From Bdellovibrionales bacterium RIFOXYD12_FULL_39_22 (GTDB lineage: Bacteria > Bdellovibrionota > Bacteriovoracia > Bacteriovoracales > Bacteriovoracaceae), in the NCBI GenBank assembly GCA_001770205.1, contig MEQL01000012.1, positions 62,001 to 126,000 on the forward strand: a DNA stretch of 64,000 nt. The letters run 5' to 3'. The notes below the pieces were generated by a model. That model was not told the origin of the DNA and searched no databases. It worked only from the letters and a program-made list of their open reading frames with translations. The position numbers and the translations under genes were made by a program. Shown here piece after piece: positions 20,261-30,514 of the stretch. Numbering within the stretch: position 1 is the stretch's first letter; each line of letters opens with the position of its first letter.

Positions 20261-21493
20261 ATGAGAAACAATATCAAAGTCTTGCTTGCAAGCGAATTAA
20301 GCTCTGCTAGTACCTATTTAAATCGCCTCTTTTATGCGCTTTATGATCTCTCTTCACTGATCCACAATCAAAAAGCGAAAGAGGCCACTGAATGCCTCTA
20401 TTTTGAAATTATTTCACTCTTTGAGGCCAACGTTTTCACAGAGAAACTAATTGATATTACTCCGGTAATTCTTAATCCTCGTGGGATAAAAGATAGAGTT
20501 CAGGCAACTCAAAAATTATTAGACTCCATGCTTTTGCTACACCTAAATGAGGAATCCATGGTAGATTTATTGGCCGACTATATCAATATCACCTATGAAT
20601 TTGCCTACAAGCTGCATCTGATCTTGGCCAAGGAAACTAACTTAGAAGTTCAATTTCCACGTATTAATATTACTGAAATGTTTTTCCCGGAAGCGACAAC
20701 TGGCCGCAATGATGCAAAAAAATTTAAAATCATTGAGGGCGAAAAGGGCAAATTACATAAAATAACTCCTACTGATGGAAACACTCAGGCCATCCAAGAT
20801 CCCAACGTTACCGCCCCTTCTTCTTCTGCTGGAAAACAAAAAACAACAGAAGCTGTTCCTAAATTCTTCCTTAATAAAAAATCCCTGATGAATTGCTGTG
20901 ACAGTGGTGCATCTATTATCGATTCCATTGAATTACAACGTAACAGAAAATATGAAGAGCTGATGCAAAAAGGCCACGAAGCGGTTTATAACAAAAAACA
21001 TAACGAGGCCTTAGAACATTTTTTGAATGCGGCCAAACACAAAGAAAATTCCGAGGTGTTAACTTTGATTGGCTGGGTTTATTCCATCTTAGGAAATAGT
21101 GAGCAAGCAAAAAATAGTTGTCTTCGCGCAATCCAAGTTAATCCTGAATATGGCCCGGCCTACAACGATCTTGGCAGTTACCTCTTAGCAGAAGGAGAGA
21201 TTAACGAAAGTTTTAAATGGTTTGATCTGGCCAAAAAAGCGCCCATTTATCATAACCGAGAATATCCCTATATCAACGCTGGCCGTGCCTATATGATAAA
21301 AAAAGATTACAAAATGGCACTGGTTGAATTTAATACCGCTCTAACCCTGGCCCCTTTTCACCAAGAGCTGCAACAAACAATAGATCGCCTAAAAAATTCC
21401 CTAAAAAAAGGTATCGCACATAAGGTCGAACAAGTTCCAACAAAGAATATTAGCAAAGAATCATCTGATATGAATTGGCCTATTTTTGAGTAG
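20261..21493 (+). CDS. TPR-repeat protein
   Basis: C-terminal TPRs (AIQVNPEYGPAYNDLGSY, PYINAGRAY, ALTLAPFH); N-terminal helical region of unknown function. Confidence 0.82.
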   Translation: MRNNIKVLLASELSSASTYLNRLFYALYDLSSLIHNQKAKEATECLYFEIISLFEANVFTEKLIDITPVILNPRGIKDRVQATQKLLDSMLLLHLNEESMVDLLADYINITYEFAYKLHLILAKETNLEVQFPRINITEMFFPEATTGRNDAKKFKIIEGEKGKLHKITPTDGNTQAIQDPNVTAPSSSAGKQKTTEAVPKFFLNKKSLMNCCDSGASIIDSIELQRNRKYEELMQKGHEAVYNKKHNEALEHFLNAAKHKENSEVLTLIGWVYSILGNSEQAKNSCLRAIQVNPEYGPAYNDLGSYLLAEGEINESFKWFDLAKKAPIYHNREYPYINAGRAYMIKKDYKMALVEFNTALTLAPFHQELQQTIDRLKNSLKKGIAHKVEQVPTKNISKESSDMNWPIFE

Positions 21494-21535
21494 TTTTTTC
21501 ATATCACCTACTTTGTTTTGCAAGGATATACTCCA

Positions 21536-22312
21536 ATGAAGAAAAAAAGTATTACCCGAGACCAATTAGAATTATATTTAAAAGAACTATTTGCTCTCGA
21601 TGCGCTGGAAGATCTCTGTCCTAACGGGTTACAAATTGAGGGAACCAATAGAATTGAAAAAGTTGCTTTTGCTGTCTCTGCGACTGCCGACTCTATCGGC
21701 CAGGCCATTGCTTGGGGGGCCGATACATTAATTGTGCACCATGGTATTTTTTGGAAGTTTCATGGTGCCAGGCCTATCACTGGTGCCTTCGCCCGACGCG
21801 TACGCCCTCTAATTCAAAAGGAGATGAACCTTTTTGGTATTCATCTGCCTCTTGATGGCCATATTTTACTCGGGAACGCTCGGTCTATCGCTGATAAACT
21901 AGAAATGAAAGAGATTATTCCCTTTGGTGAATATAAAAAAACACCTACCGGGGTAAAAGGTATTTTACAAAAAAAACTATCCGCTAAAAAACTCCAACAA
22001 CAATTGGAAAAAATTTTAGATCATCAAATATTGATGGCCACCCCTAATCCAGAGGCCATGATCTCTTCAATAGGAATCATTACCGGGGGGGCCCGCAGCG
22101 GATGGCAAGAGGCGGCAATGCAAAAATTGGATGCATATATCACCGGAGAGATGAGTGAACATGATTGGTATGAAAGCCAAGAAGGTGGGATTCACATGTT
22201 TGCTGGCGGCCATAACGCTACCGAACGCTTTGGTATTCAAAACCTGATGGCCAAGGTCAATCATGAGTTTAAGCTTAATTCCATTTTTATTCCTAGTAAC
22301 AATCCCGCCTAG
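21536..22312 (+). CDS. Nif3/YbgI-like dinuclear metal-centre protein
   Basis: CPNGLQIEG, IVHHGIFW, HLPLDGH, YITGE, GGHNATE. Confidence 0.92.
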   Translation: MKKKSITRDQLELYLKELFALDALEDLCPNGLQIEGTNRIEKVAFAVSATADSIGQAIAWGADTLIVHHGIFWKFHGARPITGAFARRVRPLIQKEMNLFGIHLPLDGHILLGNARSIADKLEMKEIIPFGEYKKTPTGVKGILQKKLSAKKLQQQLEKILDHQILMATPNPEAMISSIGIITGGARSGWQEAAMQKLDAYITGEMSEHDWYESQEGGIHMFAGGHNATERFGIQNLMAKVNHEFKLNSIFIPSNNPA

Positions 22313-22406
22313 TCAAATATTCTCTTCTCTAGCGCAAATTTTGCCGATAATTTCATACAACAAAAATAAACGATAAAGCGCTTTACTCTATGACGATAGT
22401 AATAGC

Positions 22407-23564
22407 ATGGCATTATTCTCTCACTCAAACATAATTAACATTACTCTATTTTGCATACTTTTTTTTATTGCCATTTTTATAGACAATAACTTACTACTGG
22501 CAACAGATGCCTTTCAACTAAACTGCCCAACTTCTGGCCATACAATCACCACCGCCCGAAATTCTAATCTAAATTTTGAATATCTCTGCACTTTAAACGG
22601 TCTCTTTGATGGCAATATGATTGAACTTCATCCGACAGGAAGTATCGCCAAAAAAGGCCACTACACCAAAGGGGCAATGAGCGGAAGGTGGGAACGTTTT
22701 TTTATAAATGGTATAAAATCAGATTCGGGAATTTGGCTAAATGATAGGCCAATAGGACTTTGGACATTCTGGTACGAGAATGGCCAAAAAAAAGAAGAAG
22801 GAAATTTTAAAGATGGTGAAAAAGATGGAGAGTGGATCTATTGGAATGAAGAGGGCCTGTTTCAATCTCGCGGTGAATATCGTTTCGGAGATATTGTTCG
22901 ACAACACACTCTTACTCTCTCCTGGCGTAATCTTAGCGAAGAAATTAAATATACTGACATCAACAAAAAAACGGCCAAGCTTTTTTCTAAAATATCCTCC
23001 GTCGCAGAAATTGACCTCCAACAAAAAGTAGCTCCTCATTGCACAACTCATTTACAACTACGTTTAAAATATTTAACTCTGGCAAACAGCGCAGAAGTTG
23101 ATCTTCTACAAACCCAGCCGCTGCGGGGAGGAGTAACTTTAGGTGCCAGTTATCAATACGGTGATAATATTTTTTCGAGCAATTTCATGTTAGACGAAAC
23201 GATCTTTGCTACCAGTGAGGCCAATTCAACTCTCTCCACACATTCTGCACTAATTCCCGGGGGCTCTTTAGAGTGGGCCTATCTTTTTTGGAAAAATTCC
23301 CGCTACGCCACTTCTTCATTTTTTCAATTAGGTCTGTTATTTAAATCCGAAATTGATCAGGAGTGGTCAGTGAGTAGCTCTCCCATGTTTTTAGTGGGGG
23401 CCCAAATTGACCGTACAATTAATCTACGCTCTAACATTTTGCTTAAATCTTACTACCAAGAAAGTTCTCAAACTATCAGACAAAAAGAAGATAGCATTAC
23501 TTCCGAATATCCCCAGCAAACAAAACGACTAGCACTTGAAATAAGTTATCGTTGGAATTTTTAA
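22407..23564 (+). CDS. Secreted MORN-variant repeat protein with C-terminal beta-barrel-like domain
   Basis: Hydrophobic N-terminus; repeats such as GLWTFWYENGQKKEEGNFKDGEKDGEWIYW; amphipathic strands ending ISYRWNF. Confidence 0.7.
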   Translation: MALFSHSNIINITLFCILFFIAIFIDNNLLLATDAFQLNCPTSGHTITTARNSNLNFEYLCTLNGLFDGNMIELHPTGSIAKKGHYTKGAMSGRWERFFINGIKSDSGIWLNDRPIGLWTFWYENGQKKEEGNFKDGEKDGEWIYWNEEGLFQSRGEYRFGDIVRQHTLTLSWRNLSEEIKYTDINKKTAKLFSKISSVAEIDLQQKVAPHCTTHLQLRLKYLTLANSAEVDLLQTQPLRGGVTLGASYQYGDNIFSSNFMLDETIFATSEANSTLSTHSALIPGGSLEWAYLFWKNSRYATSSFFQLGLLFKSEIDQEWSVSSSPMFLVGAQIDRTINLRSNILLKSYYQESSQTIRQKEDSITSEYPQQTKRLALEISYRWNF

Positions 23565-23578
23565 CCAGGAGATCCGAT

Positions 23579-24646
23579 ATAAAAACATTACAATTTCTTT
23601 CTGTTTTTATCGCTACTTCGGTGACCTATGTGACCTATTCTCAAGAGATATCCACACTCTCAATCCAAGAGACGACACCAACTCCAACAGTAACTCCAAC
23701 GCTATCAGATGAATCTTCTAATTTCATTATCTCTGCAGGAGTAGGAATGCGTGCGACCAGTTGGAATAACTGGAAAAAAACTTGGGATCATACCACTTAT
23801 GATATGACGAGCACCAATCACACCATTATTGAAGGTGATCTAAGTATTCCCAAAATCTCTACTAAAATTGGTTTTAATCTGCAACAAGACAGTGGAGATC
23901 TTTCCAAAATCAAGCAATATGCTGGATATTTAGGTTTTGGATATCTTAGCGTCAAAGCAGAAAGAGGAAAATTTACTGGGACGGCCCATTACAAAGGCCT
24001 AGTCTCGAGTGAGCAGAGTGCAGATATAAATTTTGATCAAATCTACAGCTACACAGAATTGGACTATAACATGGCCGGAGTTCTGCCCAAGGGTGTACAA
24101 GATTTTCACTATCTGGGCCTTCGCTATACTAAATGGCAACTTCCCTCTGAGATTATTCTTACTCAGGAGTCAAAGGCCTATACCGTCATTGATCCTGATT
24201 ATAAAACAGAGTTTTACTCTTTTATTTTGGGAGAAGATTCTTTTACCAATGAGCTTTTGTATAATAGTGAAAATTGGAAACCCGGCCTAGACTGGATTCG
24301 TTCATACGTTTTAGGAGTTGGATATGGCCACTGTAGTGTAGGATCCAAAGCAATTCGCGCAGCAAAATCTCTTTATAATCTCACAATGACTGAAACTGAT
24401 TATGATATTTTGGCCGGGCATATTTCCGGACAACTTGGGCCTATGTATGGCCTAGCTTTAGGGGGACTGCGCATGGCCATCGGTATTGCTTATGATGTTA
24501 ATTTCTTATTCGTTGGCAAGTCACCTTTTTCTTCGCAAGGAATGTCGCTGGAATATCCGGCCATTGACAGCGGAAAGGCCGCTGTCGATACTTTTCCAAT
24601 GTTTTTGTATCATGGCCCTATCTTTCGTGCCCATGCCGCTTTTTAG
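23579..24646 (+). CDS. Putative outer-membrane beta-barrel protein
   Basis: Signal-like N-terminus, PT linker, alternating Gly/aromatic strands, terminal Phe. SD AGGAG points to ATA at 23579 (ORF track uses TTG 23552). Confidence 0.6.
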   Translation: MKTLQFLSVFIATSVTYVTYSQEISTLSIQETTPTPTVTPTLSDESSNFIISAGVGMRATSWNNWKKTWDHTTYDMTSTNHTIIEGDLSIPKISTKIGFNLQQDSGDLSKIKQYAGYLGFGYLSVKAERGKFTGTAHYKGLVSSEQSADINFDQIYSYTELDYNMAGVLPKGVQDFHYLGLRYTKWQLPSEIILTQESKAYTVIDPDYKTEFYSFILGEDSFTNELLYNSENWKPGLDWIRSYVLGVGYGHCSVGSKAIRAAKSLYNLTMTETDYDILAGHISGQLGPMYGLALGGLRMAIGIAYDVNFLFVGKSPFSSQGMSLEYPAIDSGKAAVDTFPMFLYHGPIFRAHAAF

Positions 24647-24650
24647 TAAG

Positions 24651-26117
24651 TTAGATTATGGGAAAAATTCCCATCTGAATGGTAATAAAAATAGAAACAA
24701 GGACAGTAATCCCACAGCCGGCCCATTTAGAAGCAGTAAGCATTGCCTGCCCTTTGGGGGCCTCTTTCATAAACATGGCAATGATTACTCGCAAATAGTA
24801 ATAAACAGAAACCACCGAGGCCAATACCGCCAAAACAACCAAGGCCACTTGTTGTGACGAAACTGCGGCGGCAAAGAGTAAATACTTTCCAATAAACCCC
24901 GAAGTAAGAGGAATCCCGGCCATAGAAAGAAGAAAAATCGTCATCGAAATTGCCATAAGTGGATGCTTTAACCAAAATCCTCCCAATTCCTCAATCACAA
25001 TGTCGCGCTCCCCTTTCCTCTCCAACATTACTATAAGGGCAAAAATGCCGATATTTGAAAAAGCGTAGAGAACTAAATAGATCATAATAAATTGTGCGTT
25101 AGTGGGAGTTCCATTTAAACTAAGCAATCCCAAAAGCAAATAACCAGTATGCGCAATAGTAGAGTAGGCCAACATTCGCTTAAGTTCATTCTGTTTAAGG
25201 GCCACAAAATTACCATAGACAATGGTGGCGGCGGCAATCGTTCCAATCACAAACTTAAAAATATCCACTTCTAAAAAGGAGGGAACAAAAATCATATTCA
25301 GACAAACTTTCGTTAGTGCCATAAAAGCGGTCAACTTTACTGCCGCCCCCATAAAACCAGTTATTGAGGTAGTGGCACCTTGATAGACATCAGGAATCCA
25401 AGAATGAAAAGGAAATGCCCCCACCTTAAAAAACAGGCCGGTCAAAACAAAAAGCAACCCAACATAAAATAGTGGAGAAATTCCTCGCACAAAAGATTGA
25501 GAAATGACTTCCATATTAAAAGAGCCCGTTGCGCCATAAACTAGCGCGGAACCATATAGTAAAAATGCCGAGGCCAGACCGCCTAAAATAAAATATTTCA
25601 ATCCGGCCTCTGCTGAAAATTTAAAAGTGCGACGCATGGCCACCATAACATAAATGGCCAAAGACATAATTTCCAGTGAAACAAACATAAAAAGTAGATG
25701 ATTGGTAGCAATCATGAAGATCATTCCGGCCAACGCAATAGGAAGTAGGCCATAGACTTCCGCCAAAAGTTCTTCTTTTTCGTCATAACCAAAATTCACT
25801 AAAATTGCCAAGATAGTACAGAGATGAACCACCAGACTCAACAATCGAGAGGTAGAATCAAAAAATAGAGTTCCATTGAGCAAATTAACCGGATCATAGG
25901 AGAGACTTATGTAGGTTATCGTAGTACTTACAGCAACTCCAAAAAGACTAATTATCATGGCCAACATTCTACCACGTGCTACCACTTTTGAGGCTCCGGC
26001 CACGATGGCCACTACGGCCGTAATAGATAAAATAATCAAAGGCCACAATGAAATCATCTCCGCCAAAGAAAGCGATGGAAGTGGAAAAATTTCTACTAAA
26101 CTAATAGCACTATTCAT
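24651..26117 (-). CDS. nuoN: NADH-quinone oxidoreductase subunit N
   Basis: EAGLKYFILG, FKVGAFPFHSWIPDVYQG, KRMLAYSTIAH, GIPLTSGFIGK. Confidence 0.95.
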   Translation of the reverse strand: MNSAISLVEIFPLPSLSLAEMISLWPLIILSITAVVAIVAGASKVVARGRMLAMIISLFGVAVSTTITYISLSYDPVNLLNGTLFFDSTSRLLSLVVHLCTILAILVNFGYDEKEELLAEVYGLLPIALAGMIFMIATNHLLFMFVSLEIMSLAIYVMVAMRRTFKFSAEAGLKYFILGGLASAFLLYGSALVYGATGSFNMEVISQSFVRGISPLFYVGLLFVLTGLFFKVGAFPFHSWIPDVYQGATTSITGFMGAAVKLTAFMALTKVCLNMIFVPSFLEVDIFKFVIGTIAAATIVYGNFVALKQNELKRMLAYSTIAHTGYLLLGLLSLNGTPTNAQFIMIYLVLYAFSNIGIFALIVMLERKGERDIVIEELGGFWLKHPLMAISMTIFLLSMAGIPLTSGFIGKYLLFAAAVSSQQVALVVLAVLASVVSVYYYLRVIIAMFMKEAPKGQAMLTASKWAGCGITVLVSIFITIQMGIFPII

Positions 26118-27654
26118 GAATCACCTTTTCAATTAATTGTTGAGAATACACCGAGAGAGTTGTGTCTGACTTTCCAAAAAAACTTCCAGGGAAAAATCCA
26201 ATACCAAAAATAAAAATTGCCAAAACTCCCATTGCTAAAAATTCGCGAACAGACAAATCAACTACATTTTTATTATGATCGTTAGTAAGAGGCCCAAACA
26301 TCACTCGCTGATAGGCCTTTAGAGCATAGATGGCCCCGAAAATCACTCCTAAACCAGCAATCAGTGCGACTGCTGGTTGGGCCTGAAAGGTTCCAAATAA
26401 AATAGTAAACTCTCCCACAAAGCCGTTTGTACCAGGAAGCGCTACTGAAGAGAGTGTCAAAATCATAAAGCCGATGGCCATAAGGGGTGCCACTTTAGCA
26501 ATATTGCCAAAATCATCCAAGTTTCTAGTATGCAATCTCTCATATAAAAAACCCACCACCATAAATAGTCCAGCGGAGGAAATTCCGTGATTAATCATTT
26601 GGTATAAAGATCCTGCAATGGCCACTTGATTAAAAGAAAAAAGTCCGACTAAAATATATCCCATGTGCGAGACAGAAGAGTAAGCAACCAATTTTTTAAA
26701 ATCACTCTGCCCCCAAGCACAGAAGGCCCCATAAACAACGCCTATCACTCCAAATCCCATCATCATCATGGAAAAATAATATGCCGCTTCTGGAAACATC
26801 GGCATAGAAATTCTCATCAAACCGTAAGTTCCCAATTTTAACAGCACGGCCGCCAAAAAGACAGAACCCAAAGTTGGTGCCTGCACATGGGCATCTGGCA
26901 ACCAAGTATGAAATGGTACCATTGGAACTTTTATAACGAAGGCCAAAGTAAAGGCCAAAAAGAGCAGGCCCTGTTCACTAAAGATTGCCTTCATCCAACT
27001 TTCGTCCACAAAGTTATATTGCACTCGGGCCAAATCAGCAAAGGAGGCCGAAGGAACACCAAACCCCTGCTTGTAACGATAAATCATCCACCAGATGGCC
27101 ACCAACATTAAAAGTGATCCCACCATAGTGTAGAGAAAAAATTTGATGGTTGCATAAATTCTTTCTGCTCCCCCCCAAATTCCAATAAGAAAAAACATCG
27201 GTATAAGTACTATTTCCCAGAAGAAATAAAAAAGAAAAATATCACTGGCCAAAAAAGTTCCATACATACCAGTTTGCAAGGCCAAAACCATTAAAACAAA
27301 AAATTTTTCCTGTTTTAGTTTTGAGAGATCATGCGGCCAAGTTCCCAAGATCGCTATAGGGGTAATAATTGCGGTGAGCATAACTAGCGGAAGTGAAATA
27401 CCATCCACTCCAAGAAGATAGCTTATACCTAATTTGGGAATCCAAGGGATGGATTGTACAAATTGCATAGTACTTATGGCCCCATCAAAATTGCTCCATA
27501 ACTTTATGGCAAATAATAAGTTGGCCATGCCAGCAACTAGGGCCAAATGGCGAAAGTATTGCTCAAACTTTTTTGGCAAACAAAGCAGCAATATGCCAAA
27601 AAGAAGTGGAGTAAAAATTATCCAACTTAGCAAGGAAGAACTATTTTCCGTCAT
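26110..27654 (-). CDS. nuoM: NADH-quinone oxidoreductase subunit M
   Basis: FYFFWE, KVPMVPFHTWLPDAHVQAP, KLVAYSSVSHMG, LPGTNGFVGE. Confidence 0.96.
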   Translation of the reverse strand: MTENSSSLLSWIIFTPLLFGILLLCLPKKFEQYFRHLALVAGMANLLFAIKLWSNFDGAISTMQFVQSIPWIPKLGISYLLGVDGISLPLVMLTAIITPIAILGTWPHDLSKLKQEKFFVLMVLALQTGMYGTFLASDIFLFYFFWEIVLIPMFFLIGIWGGAERIYATIKFFLYTMVGSLLMLVAIWWMIYRYKQGFGVPSASFADLARVQYNFVDESWMKAIFSEQGLLFLAFTLAFVIKVPMVPFHTWLPDAHVQAPTLGSVFLAAVLLKLGTYGLMRISMPMFPEAAYYFSMMMMGFGVIGVVYGAFCAWGQSDFKKLVAYSSVSHMGYILVGLFSFNQVAIAGSLYQMINHGISSAGLFMVVGFLYERLHTRNLDDFGNIAKVAPLMAIGFMILTLSSVALPGTNGFVGEFTILFGTFQAQPAVALIAGLGVIFGAIYALKAYQRVMFGPLTNDHNKNVVDLSVREFLAMGVLAIFIFGIGFFPGSFFGKSDTTLSVYSQQLIEKVIHE

Positions 27655-27666
27655 AACTATTTCCTA

Positions 27667-29655
27667 TTAATTGTTCAACATCCCATACACAGTTAATACT
27701 AAAGCAAATACGCCAATAATCATGGCCAAGGCATAAGTCTGCAAATCCCCTGTCTGAATAACTCTAATCCTATCCGCAAAATATCTACTCCAAACACCTA
27801 CCCCATTCACTGCACCATCAACAACTAACTTGTCAAAAATTTGTGCCGCCCACTGCGAGAGTCGCTTAAGTGGCGATAGAATTAAAAAATCATATAGTTC
27901 ATCAACATAATATTTATTGGCCAATACTTTATGAAAAGGGCCTATGGCCGAAAGAAAATCAGAGATAAAAAATTTATTTTGAAAAACTTTCCATCCTGAC
28001 CAAAAGCTGGCAACGGCCAATACTACCGATAGCGCCATAACCACACCTTCATGCCAAGGCAAATGTTCCCCAACCAAAGGCATATGCTTAATCGCAATCA
28101 CAGGAGCTAACCAATTGGAGAGAAAATGAGGAATATGTCCCAGTGCCATTCCCAGAAGATGAGGAACTCCAAAAAAACCACCCAGCGTTGCCAATGCGGC
28201 CAACACATACAATGGCCCAACCATACTCCAAGGAGATTCATGCAAATGTTCTTTGGCATGATGAGAGAGACGCTCCTCACCTAAAAAAGTGATGCTCATC
28301 ATCCGCGCAGTATAAAACGCGGTTAAAATTGCTGTCAGCACACCGATAAAAAAGAGGTGAGAAAATCCTGCCGGCAGAGCAATTGTAGAATAGATAATTT
28401 CATCCTTACTAAAAAAACCTGCGAATATAGGTATCCCCGAAATTGCCAGTGAACCAATCAGCATAGTTACATAGGTGTGCGGCAAATGCTTTTTAAGGCC
28501 ACCCATTTTACGCATATCCTGCTCACCACTACAGGCGTGAATTACCGAACCTGATCCTAAGAAAAGTAGTGCTTTAAAAAATGCGTGAGTCATTAAGTGA
28601 AAGATAGCAGTATTATAAGCGCCCACACCACAGGCCAAAAACATATAGCCAAGTTGCGACACCGTTGAATAGGCCAAAACTTTTTTAATATCTGTTTGCG
28701 CAATAGCAATAGTTCCAGCAAAAAGAGCAGTAAACGCTCCAACATGGGCCACTACTGAAAGCGTCATGACCGACAACTCAAAAAGAGGATTCAAACGCGC
28801 TACCATATAAACACCAGCAGTAACCATGGTTGCCGCGTGAATAAGCGCCGAAACTGGTGTCGGGCCGGCCATGGCATCCGGCAACCAAACATAAAGAGGC
28901 AACTGCGCCGACTTTCCGGTGGCCCCCACAAATAAGGCCAAGGTTATCATGGTGGCAATAGGGGCCACTTGGGCGGCCATCTCAGGCCGTGCTAGCGCCG
29001 CAATTATTTCTGAAATAGTTAGTGTTCCAAAAACTCGATAGAGTAAAAACATGCCTACCAAAAAACCTAAATCCCCTACACGATTAGTAACAAATGCCTT
29101 AACTCCAGCGTTGGCCTTTTCTGTATCACTATACCAAAAACCTATAAGCAAGTAGGAACATAATCCCACTCCTTCCCAGCCAAAAAACAAAATGACTAAA
29201 CTGTCGCCTAACACTAACATCAACATCGCAAAGCAAAAAAGATTGAGATAACTAAAATAGCGGCCGACCGCATGGTCGTGGTGCATGTATCCTATACTAT
29301 AAATGTGAATTAAACTTCCCACTCCTGTGATAATTAACGTCATAACCACACTCAGAGCATCCACTCGTAAAGCAAAAGGAATTACTAGACCGCCAAAATT
29401 AAACCAATCAAAGGCATAACTTAAGATTGCGCCACCAGCTTCTCCGTCGATCCCCTGCAAAGTAAAAAACGATTTAACTGCTAAGATGAAAGAGGTAGCA
29501 ATAAAAAAAGTGGCAATTCCTCCTGCTACGTTGGCCGGAGTCTTAGCAAATCCACGATAAACGATTGGCAAAATAGCACCATTGATCAAAAAACCAATGA
29601 GGGGAAGTAGTATAATCCATAAGGGAATGTGTGATTCAATTATCTGAGTATGCAC
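27667..29655 (-). CDS. nuoL: NADH-quinone oxidoreductase subunit L
   Basis: GWEGVGLCSYLLIGFW, GKSAQLPLYVWLPDAMAGPTPVSALIHAATMV; GTG start at 29655 behind SD GAGGA. Confidence 0.96.
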   Translation of the reverse strand: MHTQIIESHIPLWIILLPLIGFLINGAILPIVYRGFAKTPANVAGGIATFFIATSFILAVKSFFTLQGIDGEAGGAILSYAFDWFNFGGLVIPFALRVDALSVVMTLIITGVGSLIHIYSIGYMHHDHAVGRYFSYLNLFCFAMLMLVLGDSLVILFFGWEGVGLCSYLLIGFWYSDTEKANAGVKAFVTNRVGDLGFLVGMFLLYRVFGTLTISEIIAALARPEMAAQVAPIATMITLALFVGATGKSAQLPLYVWLPDAMAGPTPVSALIHAATMVTAGVYMVARLNPLFELSVMTLSVVAHVGAFTALFAGTIAIAQTDIKKVLAYSTVSQLGYMFLACGVGAYNTAIFHLMTHAFFKALLFLGSGSVIHACSGEQDMRKMGGLKKHLPHTYVTMLIGSLAISGIPIFAGFFSKDEIIYSTIALPAGFSHLFFIGVLTAILTAFYTARMMSITFLGEERLSHHAKEHLHESPWSMVGPLYVLAALATLGGFFGVPHLLGMALGHIPHFLSNWLAPVIAIKHMPLVGEHLPWHEGVVMALSVVLAVASFWSGWKVFQNKFFISDFLSAIGPFHKVLANKYYVDELYDFLILSPLKRLSQWAAQIFDKLVVDGAVNGVGVWSRYFADRIRVIQTGDLQTYALAMIIGVFALVLTVYGMLNN

Positions 29656-29659
29656 AATA

Positions 29660-29968
29660 TTATCCTCGCAAAATTGATGCTTCACCTGTTTTAGATGAAC
29701 CAAAATTTCTAAATAGATTAATTAATATGGATAGTCCTACTGCCGATTCTGCCGCTGCGATGGTGATAGTAAAAAACACCTGCACCTGTCCATCAATCTG
29801 GGAAAGGTAGTGAGAAAAACCCACCATCGAAAGATTGGCCGCATTTAACATCAGCTCAATGCCCATCAACACCATAATGGTATTACGTCGCTGCACAACT
29901 ATAAGCATCCCCATCATAAAAAGAAATGCTGCTAAAATCTGAATAAAAAGTTCATTGGTTATATACAT
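29660..29968 (-). CDS. nuoK: NADH-quinone oxidoreductase subunit K
   Basis: RRNTIMVLMGIELMLNAANL, AAAESAVGL. Confidence 0.95.
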   Translation of the reverse strand: MYITNELFIQILAAFLFMMGMLIVVQRRNTIMVLMGIELMLNAANLSMVGFSHYLSQIDGQVQVFFTITIAAAESAVGLSILINLFRNFGSSKTGEASILRG

Positions 29969-29980
29969 AGCTAATACTCC

Positions 29981-30514
29981 TTAATCAAATTTTCGCTTCG
30001 CCAACACCACGGCCCCAATAATGGCCACAAGAAGTGCCAAAGAAATCACTTCAAACGAAAGATAGTATTGAGAAAATAGTGCATGCGCTAATACTTTGGT
30101 ATTACCACCTAAATTTGCCACTTCCGCAGTATTAAAAGGTCCTGGTATCATCGTGGACTTAAATAGATCATAGTGCACTAACAGCTGAAAAATAATTCCA
30201 ATGAAAATAACAATCCCCGCGGTGTAGGTGGCCATAAAAGATGGAGTGGTAAACTTAAAATCTCTCTCTTCTTTTTTTAAGTTTAAAAGCATAATGGAAA
30301 AAATAAATAATACCATAACGGCACCGGCGTAAACTACTAACTGAATCGCCGCAATAAAATGCTCTTGCATCATCCCATAAAGTCCCGCGGTACAAAGCAT
30401 AATCCCCAGAAGAGATAAGGCAGCCGCAATAGGATTTTTAGCAAGCAACATCGCTATTGATAAAAAAGCTGCGACTCCCCCTAAAAAAAGAAAGGCCAAA
30501 TTTAAATTATCCAC
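29981..30514 (-). CDS. nuoJ: NADH-quinone oxidoreductase subunit J
   Basis: QLVVYAGAVMVLFIF, FEVISLALLVAIIGAVVLA. Confidence 0.94.
   Translation of the reverse strand: MDNLNLAFLFLGGVAAFLSIAMLLAKNPIAAALSLLGIMLCTAGLYGMMQEHFIAAIQLVVYAGAVMVLFIFSIMLLNLKKEERDFKFTTPSFMATYTAGIVIFIGIIFQLLVHYDLFKSTMIPGPFNTAEVANLGGNTKVLAHALFSQYYLSFEVISLALLVAIIGAVVLAKRKFD

Noticed and set aside
22343..22399. GCCGATAA and TAAA-N14-GACGATAG FliA-like elements
   Set aside because: The first lacks a -35 at the correct spacing; the second has off spacing and lies too close to the start codon.
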